In this document: positions 52,761 through 64,000 of the stretch, piece after piece
Position numbering within the stretch: the stretch's first letter is position 1
Layout: every line of letters starts with the position of its first letter
Assembly: GCA_965645245.1 (NCBI GenBank)
Contig: OZ287069.1
Location: forward strand, 1,550,001 to 1,614,000
DNA from: Massalongia carnosa
Lineage: Eukaryota
Direction of reading: 5' to 3'
Length of the DNA: 64,000 nucleotides
Notes under the pieces: model-generated
What the model was told of the DNA's origin: nothing
What the model saw: only the letters and a program-made list of their open reading frames with translations
Databases searched by the model: none
Program-made: the position numbers and the translations under genes

Positions 52761-53311
52761 ATGGCTTCCCAACTTCTCCCACTTGGTATGGAATTACTTA
52801 GATCTCTCCCGATGCTGCTGCTGTAAGGATACGAGTCCTGATGTTGTTCGGTAGAGCTCATCGATAAGTGTGTCGGCTCGCGGATTTGGGTCGTGATGAA
52901 AGGTGATAAAGGTGAGAGAGCGCTTTCAACCATTCGATGGCGAAATAAAAAAACGGCTCAAGCATGCTCATGTTCTAGAATTCGCGGGAACGTTGCTGGG
53001 ATTTGATGATTATGTCAGTCAGTAAACGCTTACTTCCCCCCGCGCAATGCTGTTGCTAATTGGTCTCTAGACATGGTGCTCGAGGATGTTACAGAATTGT
53101 ATTGTAGCTGCCCCTTTTGGCGAAAGCTAATAATACTGATGGAAAGAATCTTTAGTGACTACAGTGGATCGAACACGAAGCTTTCCAAGATTTTGTTGAA
53201 CGGCAACAATATTTGCATGGTATTCAGCTGCGATACCACACTATTTATATAGACTGACCAAGAGTTTAGCTCATTCCAGGAGGAGAAGGACCAGTAGCAA
53301 CTACAGATTAA
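52761..53311 (+). CDS. LSM5: U6 snRNA-associated Sm-like protein Lsm5, 6 exons (absent from the ORF track)
   Basis: Spliced exons read MASQLLPL|ELIDKCVGSRIWVVMKGDK|EFAGTLLGFDDYV|NMVLEDVTEF|DYSGSNTKLSKILLNGNNICM|LIPGGEGPVATTD*. Confidence 0.95.
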
Positions 53312-53497
53312 ATCTTAGCAAGAACGTCTTTCCACCAAGTGGCTGAGCCTGGCTTTGAATGAAACCAAATAAGAAGCTTGAGACCAAAAAAATCCAAAAT
53401 TTAACACTTCTATGAATTTATTTTGCTGCTTTAACAAAACCCCCACAGCTGACGCCTTCGGCCACTTTCAACTGAACCTAGAGGTGACCACCGCAAA

Positions 53498-54556
53498 CTA
53501 CCCCGTTGAAGTATCAAACGAGATGCGGGGAAATCTTGATTGGATTTTCTTTACGTCACCCCTAATTTCGTCGAGAATATCCTGAGCAGAAAGAACTTTG
53601 TTGACCAGACCCACTCCTGTCCCTGCATACGCGGTCAGCCGTCCTTGTTCCCCCCAACCTTGATCACCTTTTTCCAGCGCTTTGGCATATGCTTTTATGT
53701 TTTCTTCGTTGATTACACCATTTTCAGCATCTAGGTAACTTTGATTGATTATACCTCTGCCATCATATCGCTCCGGCCAGCCGGTTGTGCCACGCAAGAC
53801 GTCATAAACAGTTGATCTGATAGTGCTGACCCCACCGTCTTTCGATCGCAGCACATCGTATTGGTATCCTTGTGTTATGTTTGTTTCTTCACATGCAAGG
53901 AATCTTGTTCCCATTACTACACCGTGAGCCCCAAGGATCAGACAAGCCGTTACACCACGACCCTCGACAATCCCACCCGCAGCCATCAAATCTATCCTTC
54001 CTACGTTTGCTTTCTTCAAAGCATCCGCCACTTCTGGAAGCAGCGTCATGATACCGGCACCACGAACTAGGCCATGACCACCAGCATCGATTCCTTGGAT
54101 GACAAGCGCATCTGGCTTACACGATGTCGCTATCTCCAAAGCGTCCGAGACTGTTCCTACTTGGATCCAAATCTTCGTTCTCCCATCCGTGACTTCTCTG
54201 GTTTTCTTCACCCATTCGATAAGGTCTGCATTTTCTCTAGGGGCAAAGAACCACGCGGCCGCCGGTAAAAACTTCTGCAGAGCGTCCAAAGCCACATTCA
54301 GGTTGACTGCCCAGTTGATGAAACCGACGCCGATGGGCAACATACCTGGCAGTGTACCCGGTATAGGATGCTGGGAGACGAGATCAGCTGCGTCTTGCAG
54401 GTTGCCATCCAAAGTACTCAAGTCCATCCCTGCCGCGAGGAATCCTAGCCCTCCTGCACGTGACACCGCTACTGCTAACGGAGCTAAGCTAATTGGACGC
54501 ATGGGGGCGCTGACGAGGAGCGGATTCTGGGTCCATGGGAACGTGTGGAGTGACAT
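53498..54556 (-). CDS. Nitronate monooxygenase / 2-nitropropane dioxygenase family flavoprotein
   Basis: 'VSAPM...LAVAVSRAGGLGFL', 'QGIDAGGHG', 'AAGGIVEGRG', 'GVVMGTRFL', 'YAGTGVG'. Likely ATG at 54556. Confidence 0.92.
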   Translation of the reverse strand: MSLHTFPWTQNPLLVSAPMRPISLAPLAVAVSRAGGLGFLAAGMDLSTLDGNLQDAADLVSQHPIPGTLPGMLPIGVGFINWAVNLNVALDALQKFLPAAAWFFAPRENADLIEWVKKTREVTDGRTKIWIQVGTVSDALEIATSCKPDALVIQGIDAGGHGLVRGAGIMTLLPEVADALKKANVGRIDLMAAGGIVEGRGVTACLILGAHGVVMGTRFLACEETNITQGYQYDVLRSKDGGVSTIRSTVYDVLRGTTGWPERYDGRGIINQSYLDAENGVINEENIKAYAKALEKGDQGWGEQGRLTAYAGTGVGLVNKVLSAQDILDEIRGDVKKIQSRFPRISFDTSTG

Positions 54557-55326
54557 ATTGCAAGATGCGTAGATGTTCAATCTTTCTCCTCCGATGGAGT
54601 ACAGCACCCTATGACTTTACCTTTGAGTGATCGCTTGACATATAGCCGTGTAACTGCTATACTAGCTGTAGGACCACAAGGGTAATCCCCGCTGGAACGA
54701 GACCACCAACCCCTTGTGACTGGGTCTATCACACCGATTTCCGCGGCATTCCAAGGGAACAATCGGGCCGTCAATATTCTATGTATAGTAGGGTAAGAGG
54801 GTGTTGCCGAGAGATATGAAGGAGTTTTCTGGCGTTGAGTGGATGAAGTATGATGTGCTCCGTACGTGCCGAGTATGATTCATCAGCTTGATCAACTACA
54901 TTCCGCCAATAATACCTTGTGCTATGGGCCACAAGCCACAAGCCACAAGCCGCATTGGTGTTGCTCGCATTGGGACTAGCTAATAATTTAACGTTTTGTG
55001 GCTTCACATGGGAATTAGGGAATGAGAACAAGAACGTACACAGCAGATCCAGTACAGAGTACTGTTCCATTTCCATATAAACCTATAATCACTCCCTTGC
55101 CGTTGTCCAAACGGTTCTTTCGCCTCTAGACGCCCATCTCTTATAGCTTTAACGTGGTTCTTTGCAGTTTTAGCATCGAATACTTTTTTTGCCAGACGTT
55201 ATTATTGCTTTCCATTTTGAAGACGTTTTGACTTAATACCAACCTGAGACGACAGACACGGCAAGACGACAGTGTCAATCATTTGAAAGCCGATAGATCA
55301 GATATCTTAAAATCCGGAGCGCAATT

Positions 55327-56717
55327 ATGAATGCGCCAGACAGGTCAGTATGCATTTCGCTCTGTAAGAAGGAGAAGAAGAGGAAGAAAAGGAAGGATTA
55401 TCATTTTTGCTCCTCATGCGCTTCAAGTCCTCAAATAGCACTAGTCGGTTCTCCAAGCCCTAGTTTTCCACTTAGCCAGAAAGAACTGAGATCGACACGA
55501 ATGGAAAGTATAGGCTCGAAGGCGAAAGGCGGGTCGCTAGAAGAGAGACAGAGAGAGAGACAGAGAGAGACAGAGAGAGACAGAGAGAGTTAAATGATGA
55601 CCATCTGTGACTGTGTTGTACGTTGCTGGCACGACGACACAAGAGCTAATATTTCTTAACACTTCTTTCTAATACAACCCCCCACCCAAAGATACTAAAC
55701 AGGAATTCAAATCAATGCCTCTTGTTCATCTCCTTCTCCTTCTTCATCATCATCATCATCATCATCACAAGTTTCGTCCGTTTCCATCACACCCATTGTC
55801 ACGCTGGTGCCATCGCTTGTTTCATGCAGTTCATATCCCTTTCGTCACCCACCCTCACCATCATCATGTCTGGCCTTGCCCAGGCAACCATCATCAATCA
55901 TTACGCACACATGAGACGGGTTCCTCTCTGGGAATTGCACAAAGCCATGGTCACCAATCGTGCTTTGGGCGGTCATGCCTGTGGGGAGAAACAGCCGTCA
56001 GATAATAACGTCCCTCATAGGTTTGAGCTTTTCATCCTCGGAGATGGCGAGAAGAAAGTTACCGAGGAAATCGATACCCGTAAGTCTGGCGTCATGATCT
56101 GTTCGGCGTGGAGCTGCCGGCTGGGTTCAACCTATGTCTATCCAAACGCTCGTACTAAACCTAGCAATCTTCTCAGGGATCCCATCATCTTCGATCTTCA
56201 CCTTCAACAAAGAAGACCACACCCTAGGCAATGTGATTCGTGCTCGCCTCCTGCAATCCCACCACGTCCTGTTTTCCGGCTACAAAGTTCCACATCCCCT
56301 AGAAGCGTACGTCCATTTTGTTTTGTACACATCTCGTATTACCCTTGACGAGGACCAACGTTCTATATCATACTCTAGCACGCTTGGTCGCAACTACCTG
56401 AAATCTCCCTCTACATCCTTCCAACCTTCACTCCTTTCCTTCTCCCCCTCCCCTCTCCTCTCTTCAACCAAATTCTAACAACCTATTCCCGCAGGAAATT
56501 CATCCTCCGCGTCCAAACCGACGGCGCCGTTACCCCCCGCGCGGCCGTCATCCAAGCCTGCCGTGACCTGGTCCAAGACCTTGCGCTGCTCAACCAAGAG
56601 TTCACCAAAGAGTGGGAACTGCGAAAGATGGTGGGGGACGTGAGCAATGGTGCCGCTACTGCGAATGGAAATGCTGCCGCTGTAGACGGAGCCAATGCCG
56701 TTGGGATGCCCGAATGA
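55327..56717 (+). CDS. RPB11: RNA polymerase II subunit Rpb11, 4 exons with a long first intron
   Basis: [19 protein letters not shown]...|[12 protein letters not shown]...[22 protein letters not shown]...EFTKEWEL. Intron 1 is 55344-56020. Confidence 0.95.
55543..55766. repeat. (GAGAGACA)-type and (CAT)n microsatellites inside RPB11 intron 1
   Basis: GA/GACA run at 55543-55589 and (CAT)7 at about 55745-55765. Confidence 0.85.
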
Positions 56718-57811
56718 TTTAACTAGGTGACTTGATTTGAATTGAATTTTTTTTATTCTATCAAGCGGGGGGTGTAAGGGCGAGAGCTCTGGTCTAGGAA
56801 GGATACGCGGCGCATATTTGCGGGGGGGGATGAGCTCCTTTAGAAAAGGACCGGTCCTCAAAGGGGTGGGGCGATGACACGCGAGAGACGGAGAGGTGGA
56901 GGAAAGGGGTGTATGAAAAGAACAAACCATAGCAAGCCATGTATTTCTTTTACCCCTCCTCCCTTTCCGATCTTTGGTTTACTTTTTCCAAAGGACAGCT
57001 AGAATAGTTTAGATCAAGTTAACGAAACAAACGACTAGATATTTTTCCATACCGCATGAGTTCTCTCCCTCTCTCCAACTATCCAACTCCGAGAGAGACC
57101 CCAACAAAAGTGAAAACCAGGTGGGGACGGAGAAACTCCAACTCCACCCCCCCACCCCACATAATCTCTCTCCTCGGCCTTATTTCTTCTTTCTTCTTCC
57201 CCTTACTTACGTTCTTTGCAGGAATACATACATACATACATACATACACAGGAAGGGCAGGGAGGTACGGAGGGAAGCAGGTTTTTAAGGAGGGGAGGGA
57301 AAGAAAAAAAAAAGATACTAGTAGGGGTATTTTTCCCCCTTGGAGAAGGTGGTACATACATGCACACATCACATATTGTATATATGTACATACCCATATT
57401 TTGAGAAAGGAGGCGGAAAGGGTCAATGAGTTAACGTAGTTGGGTAGGTAGGTAGATGAGTACCTACCTAAACATAGATACACCAACACCAATGCATTCA
57501 TACACACACTCACATACCCTCACCCTACTCACAGAAGGCGAATCTCTTCCTTCCCTGTTACAGCAAAAATAAATCCGAAGAGGAAGATCTACAAGTTTAC
57601 TCCCTCCCCAAAAAAGCAAGCTGCATTCAAGTCCCAGTCTGGGTAATACCTACCTCAGCCTCCCTCTCTTCTTCCTTCCATCCTAGTTCTCGAGATCTAA
57701 TCCCCCCCACATGCTCATCCTCCCCTTGGTTACAAACTGCCATGAAACAGATCCTTCATCTTTCTCCCCGCACCTGCATGCCTTCTCCAAAACAAACGAA
57801 GATAGAAATCC

Positions 57812-60800
57812 CTACCCCAGGACCCTTCCCATGGTGGTAGCCTGGCTCCGATCCTTTGTCTCCACCTTCCTTAACCCTTTCCCCTTCACAATCTCCCCCA
57901 GCAGCCCCGCAACAGGTGATGGAGTCACTTTTGAGGATCCCGCACCAGTACTAGGCAACGGTGGCGGAGGTGGTGCCCCGGCGCTAGGCATAGGGGGAGG
58001 TGGAGGTGCTTCTGCGTTAGGCATAGGTGGAGGTGGTGGGGGCGCACCGGGAGGCCCGCCACCAAAAGATAGATCTGAAGGGAGCGGTGGCGCCGGTGGA
58101 GAATGAGCGCTTGGTGTTGTGGGCGCTGACGGCGTAACAGGGCTTTCGTTGACCGGGGTTCTAGATTTGTCTTTCTCGTCCATGGCGGACAGAGGGCGGG
58201 GAGGGGCCATGGTTCCAAAAAGAATGGAAGCAAGATGTTTTGCGTTGCCGCCGGCTGGTCGGTCGGCTTCTTCATCCGAAGAGGAATCCTCGGTGGAGTC
58301 GACAACGGACCATTCATCTTCCTCCGGGCGGACACGAGAGGGACGATGGCCGCTGGTTGGCGTTGAGGAAGGGATTGGACGGAAATTAAGTTGAGATTGA
58401 GGTTGAGCCTGATTTTGGGCGTGAAGCGGTATTTTGGAGGCCGATTCTTGTTGGGTTAGGCGGTGAAAAGGGTTGGTAGAGATATCAGCCGCGGCGGGAG
58501 AGGTGACTGAATCGGTCGGTTGGTTGAGCTGCTTAAAGAAAGGATTCTTGCTTTCGCTGTTGTAGTTTGAAGCAGGCTGAGGAGCAGCGGCTGTAGGAGG
58601 GGTGAGCGCAGCTGGCGGTTCCTTGGTGGGAGACGGAGCCAAAGGCTGTGAAAGTTCCCTGAATTGCCTGCTATCATCCCTGGAGAGAATTTGGCTGTTC
58701 GTTGGCGTCGTTTCTTGCGGGGTGATTTCCTGGGGACCTTCGTCGTCCGACGAATCGTCATCATCAAGACTTTCTAGCTGCAATTGAAGCTGCCTTTCTT
58801 TCTCTTTAGCCGCCTCTAACTCAGCGCGTTGAGTGGCAAGCTTAGCTTCCTTTTCCTTTGCTTCCTTTTCTGCTGCCTGTTTTCTACGCTTTTCTTCCTG
58901 TTTCTTTACTTTGCCTTGTTTGACCTGCTCTTCCAATGCTCTTAACCGTGTTTGGGCAGCTTCACGCTCTCTGGCAAGGTCATCTTCTTGGCGTTGAGTC
59001 TCATCTCTAAAACAACTGGTCAATATAAGCTATGGTACAAGCTAGATGGCACTTTACTGTATATTTCTGACATGCGCTTCTTGCGCTTGCTGCTTGTCTC
59101 TGATTTCTTGCTCCTTGGCTTTTTGCTCCGCCGCTGACTGAACGGCGGCTTCATCGGCTTTCCGTTTTGCTTCGGCACGTTGACTAGCACTATCTGCTCT
59201 GCTTTTACGAGAGGGTGGAGGAGGAGGTTTCTTGGTGGACGTATTCATAGCAGAAGGGGGAGTGGGCTGCTCATCGGCTAATCTGCGCTGCCTTTCCTCT
59301 TCTCGTTTGTTGTCCTCAGCTTCCGCTTGACGTATACGCTCTTGGCGCTCTCGAGTTTCTCGTTCCTGCTTCTGTTGAGCGGATTCACCTGATTTTATGG
59401 GTGGCTTGAGCCCCAACGCTGTAAGACGTTCTGCCATTCGTTGCTCTGCCTGTTGTTTGATGAAATTTGCTCGATCTTCTGCAGTTTTGTATGAAGAGTA
59501 AGTACCAGTTGAGGATGAGGAGACTAGTGGACGTGAAGATTCCTTATCTTCATCTAGTCGAATCGGCGTACGATCACGAGGGCTTTCTTGCCTTTGAGTG
59601 TCTCGGAGGCCATCGCCTCGACCTCTATCGCTCCTGGAAGATATCAGTAAATCGGAGCGTAAGGCTCCATGATGCACGCTTACTCCTCTCGTCGTATCTT
59701 AGAAGTACGACTACTTCTTTGTAAGTCGTAGATGAAGTCCCTCACTTCATCTTCCACTCCCAATCCATCTTCCCATCTCCGCCTCTCGTGCTCGCTAGTA
59801 GAATCTTCACTACCCTGTGTCAAAGTATCTTCTAGCCCACGCGAAAATTCCTGAACGCTATCTTCAACATCCTTGATCATTCGCTCATTATTATCCTTCT
59901 CATTTCTAATCCGCGAATTTTCCTCTTCCAAACGCCTTGATGCTCCTCCAATATCGTTCTGGTTACCGGTAGTAGTTTTGCCAGTCAGGGCTGCCGAGCG
60001 CTGTTGCATCAAAGCTTTGGCACGAGCTTTAAGCCTGTCAGCCTCTGTGACTGTACCACCTGGGCCGGTACCGATGATTGCTGAAGCACTATCAGGGTGT
60101 GCTTTTGCGTCTTTCAACCTAAATAACTCAAGCTTCGCATCAGCTATGCTACGCTCGGTTTTGCGAACATTCGATGCTAACTCCGGGAGACGATCCGTCA
60201 GTCGTTGCAACTGGCGCTTCAAATTCCGTCGCTCTCCTCCAGAGTCGATAACTCGAAGTGAGGCATTTGGATGCTTGTCGAGATCTTCTTGAATTCGGCT
60301 AATCCGGCGATATAAGTCCTCTGCATCGCGCCGGTCTCTCCGGTCCATCGCATCATCCTCTTCTACATCGTTCTCCTCCTTAAAGTCAATTGCATCCAAT
60401 AGCACCTGCTTCTCCTTAATCTTCTTCCGCAGCTGATCTAAGGTATGATCATCGTTCGATCGCTCAGAATAGGGCGAAGTTGATTGTATAGGGGATGGTG
60501 TGCGCCCACCTGTACCGAGCCTTCGCCGCGCACTTGATTTGTATCCAATGTCATCATCGTTATTTCGGAAAACCGTAGCGTCCTTGCGTCCAGGTGAAGT
60601 ACTGTTGGATTCGGTTCGGAATGAGCGATTCTTCAGATAGCTAACCCCAGTTTGTTGTGGTTGTAGAAAAGTACTAGAATTCTTTCTAGTTTCTGCATCT
60701 TGGGATAGAAGGGATTTGACAGCGCCAATTGAGTCTGCGAAATTCCTTGTTGATGGAGGAACCAGCTCTGGAGGCAACTGATTTGGGACCGAGTAACCGT

Positions 60801-62406
60801 TCAGTTTCCGGTATATTAGATGCATTGCTACAGCAAATTCATCCATGTCAAGCTTCCCCCTATTACCAGGATCTGATAAGGTCCAAATCTTCTCTAGGTC
60901 CACTTTGGGAAGACCACTCTGCCCCATCACCTCAATCGCCACATCGCCACCGATGAAGCCCTTGTTGAGCCCATCCCAAGCTCTAAACAATTGATCGTAT
61001 ATCTTTTTCTCATCCTTGGTCACTGCCCATGGAACTGTGGCGCTTCCAGAGAGTCCGGCAGTTGTGTATCCACCTTCACGGCCTGGTTGAGGCATCATTC
61101 GCTGCTGTAGGGCATCAATGTTAGGTAAACCTGAAGCTGGAGCATTCACAAGACCCCACTGCCCGGGTTGTCCGGTGGGTTGCGCATTTAAGGGTAAGAG
61201 TTGGCCTCCGGCTGTCCCAGGTGATAGGTTTGTGCTGTAGCTCGAAGGTAGCGGAGGCATAGGAGGTCGGGTGCCTAAATAGCCTGCAGGTTGAGGATTT
61301 TGCTGGAAGTTACCTGATGGTGGCGCTAGGCCTGTTGGCTGGCGCGCAAAGCCCCCAGATTGGGCTGAGAATCCAGTGGATTGCGGAGGAATATATTGCG
61401 CTGCAAAGCTAGTTGGTTGAGTTGTTAGCTGTGTGAGTAGCTGGCTATTCGAGGCCTGTGGCTGAGGCTGCTGGATGCTTGGTGTAGAGCTGGCAGGGAT
61501 ATCGAAATTCGGTGCATTGCTCGGAGGAAGCGATTGAGGACGATCATCCGGCACCCCAAAAGATATGATGTCGACCATGCTGGAGACTTCGTTCGCAATT
61601 CGTTCAGGTAAAGTTAGTGGGAGGTCCTTCCCAACCAGCCTCAAATTGCAGAGGTACATTGCGAGGGCGAATTCTGGAAATAAGAGGTGTCCAGACTTTG
61701 TGGTATCTGATAGTACCCTGAGACTTTCAGCTTGGAAGGCCTTGAACTCTAGAGCCGGCAAGCCTACCAGATTTTCATGAGATCACTTCCAGGGAGCTTC
61801 GAGCGGATTAGCAAGTCCTTTACCTTGCCTCCTAGTTACATTTAGCTTTAAGACCGAAGCTCCCAGGTGAAGCTTCGTACCATCAAGAGACTGCCCATCT
61901 CCCACCGCCGATTTGAAAAGTTGCTCAAACTTGGCCTGATCCTGAGCAGTCAAGAATGACAGCCGAATCTTGGGTATTTTGGCACCTTTCGTTGCTAATT
62001 GAGGTGTAGGGGTTGTCGCTGCGGGGGTAGATTGGAAAGACTGAGCAATTTGAGAGGATGTTTGACCTGTCTGTTGTGGAGGGATAGGAGGTTGGGACAG
62101 CGTGCCTGTCTGAAAAGGCTGTTGCGAAGGCATCGTACCTTGACCGGCCTGCTGGTTCTGCGGAGGGTAACCCGTATATTGTGTCTGCTGAGGTAGAGGT
62201 TGATAGCCCTGTTGCGGTGCTTGTGCTGGAAAGCCGGTATACTGCGTCTGAAGTGGTGCTCCGCCAAAACTAGTCTGCTGCTGCATAAACCTACCTGGTT
62301 GCTGCTGGCCTTGAGGTGCATTTGAAAAGGATGACGTGCCATATTGAGGAGCCCCTTGTCGGCCACTGTTATTACCACCTAAGAAACTATTAGAACTTGT
62401 ATACAT
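57812..62406 (-). CDS. PAN1: Actin cytoskeleton-regulatory complex protein Pan1 (EH domains, coiled coil, proline-rich region, WH2)
   Basis: '[21 protein letters not shown]', '[11 protein letters not shown]', EH2 '[12 protein letters not shown]...[11 protein letters not shown]', QPTG repeats, NPF motifs, WH2 '[16 protein letters not shown]'. Several introns. Confidence 0.95.
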
Positions 62407-62720
62407 CGTGATCGTTGCTGAATAATTTGGGAGAACAGGATGTGAAGCTTGAAGAAGGGTGACGACGTAGAAGTGGCTCTAAATATATGTAGCAAGTTTT
62501 GGCGCCCAATTCAGGGTTCAGCTCCTTGAATATTTCTCACTCAAACTGGCCTTCGTAACTCATTTGCTCCCGCAGCTAGGACAACAATCTTAAATATCTA
62601 TGTCAGAAGGTGGAATGAACACAATGCCTAATGGCATTTCCTTCTTTAGCTCCAGTGCAAAACAACTATTTTTTGCATCTACGCATTCCTTGTGAATCAA
62701 TACTCAACCAATTGCCCAAC

Positions 62721-64000
62721 TCAGTCAAGGCCTACATCAATGTCTCTTTGTGCCCTTCTTCCCCCACCCATTCCCCCACCTCCGCCGCCGCCAGCTCCAT
62801 TCGTCTTTGCCTCAATCTCCCTCGTCTCCCTCTCCTTGTCTCTAAAGAACCGCTCCCTCTCTTGCTTTACCACTGCCAGAACCCCTTCAAGGCCCGACCT
62901 CCATGTATCCAGCCTTCCCTGCACCTCGATCCATTGCTTCTCACCAAATACTCTGTAAGTGCTCCGGTGTATCAAGAATGTCTGGTTGAGCTGTGAGAGC
63001 TTGCCTTCCACCAGTCCAGCCCGAATTACGTCAATGACCCACATCTCGACATCTTCAGAAGGTATTTGGAGAGCTTTAGCGATATGTTGATAAGGTAATG
63101 ACCTTGATTGTGTTGATGCTGCAAGGGAGGCCAGAGTCAAAAGACGCATCTTACGGTATAAGATTGGGTTATCCAATCCTTGCTCTTCAAGCCATGAATC
63201 GTGCTCATCTTTAAAGTCATTAAAATCATCCAGGAGATCGGCATTAAATATTTCTAACAGCTCAAAAAACGTCGAATCGGACTTTCGTAACGCTTGGATT
63301 GCGTCCACGGCTGTCAGGTCTTGGAAATCAAAATGGGTGGGGTGTAATAATGCAGACTTCAAAGCTCGAACAGAGAGAGTGTGGGCTTCCTCGCTGGTGA
63401 CTTCATCGGTCGGTATAGTACGAAGTGTGCGGAGGAGGTAGAGATATGACTGCTCATCTTCGCCTGCTTCCTCGGCTACATCTGCAATGCTAAGGTATAA
63501 CTTCCGCTGATCCTCTTCATCACTTTCCCACTGCGCGACCCAGCTGTCGAGGTTCTTAAGTTGTGGTCGGAGGTTCTCAAACGAGGAGCTTCCTCTTACC
63601 ACGCGAAGGATGGCGAGGAAAACGTGGTAACGGGTCTCGTTGTCCGGGGGGAGGATATTGAAGATTGTAGTGAGAATCGATAGTGCAAGACCAGCGCCGT
63701 TGAGAGGGGAAGAGGTAATGGGCGCCGAGAGGTTCTGGCATATCTTGGGAAGAAATTTGTCAAGGTTGGGTGATTGGCGGACAAGGTGAACGAGGAGATT
63801 GTAGGCTGCTATGAATTCTGCATCGGGGTAAGAAACCTTTACAAATTCTCGGACGCACAGGCCCATTCAAATTCGAGAAGATACCTTTCTCTGGTGCGAG
63901 GTTTAGGATACTGCTTCCTGTAACAATTTTTTTCAACGCTTCGTCCTTCTGTCCTTGCTCCAAAAGGGGAGCAATTTCCGCCTGTACGCCGGACCCGTCT
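62721..64000 (-). CDS. EIF3M: Translation initiation factor eIF3 subunit M (PCI domain); 5' end lies outside the window
   Basis: 'APEK|EFIAAYNLLVHL', 'RKMRLLTLASLA', 'VEMWVIDVIRAGLVEGKLSQ', 'RSTYRVFGEKQW'. Confidence 0.93.

Overview
Intron-rich genomic DNA from a filamentous ascomycete (Pezizomycotina; a lichen-forming Lecanoromycete is my inference, not proven). Introns are short GT-AG type with CTRAC-like branch points. Conserved genes, in order: Nha1/Sod2-type Na+/H+ antiporter, TBC Rab-GAP, an intact multi-exon telomerase reverse transcriptase (TERT), DH-BAR-SH3 RhoGEF, Rcy1 F-box protein, Csi2-like protein, Fcf1, Pex10, Erd1, sphingolipid C9-methyltransferase, WRN/EXD2-type 3'-5' exonuclease, Lsm5, nitronate monooxygenase, Rpb11, Pan1 and a partial eIF3m. 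Two accessory patches interrupt them. The first (2.1-5.3 kb) holds a broken piggyBac with an LTR-like insert and an HEXXH metalloprotease pseudogene. The second (29.4-41.6 kb) holds a DUF6594-like gene, a Kex2-type cysteine-rich secreted protein, an orphan gene and decayed DNA. The most unusual non-coding signals are a dense two-orientation cluster of TAC(A/G)GAGTA motifs plus paired MCB boxes in the divergent TERT/RhoGEF intergenic region, and a long RPB11 first intron with a possible in-frame alternative acceptor. I found no convincing telomerase RNA, tRNA, rRNA or snRNA. Exon boundaries were read by eye and family assignments come from recalled motifs, not database searches.
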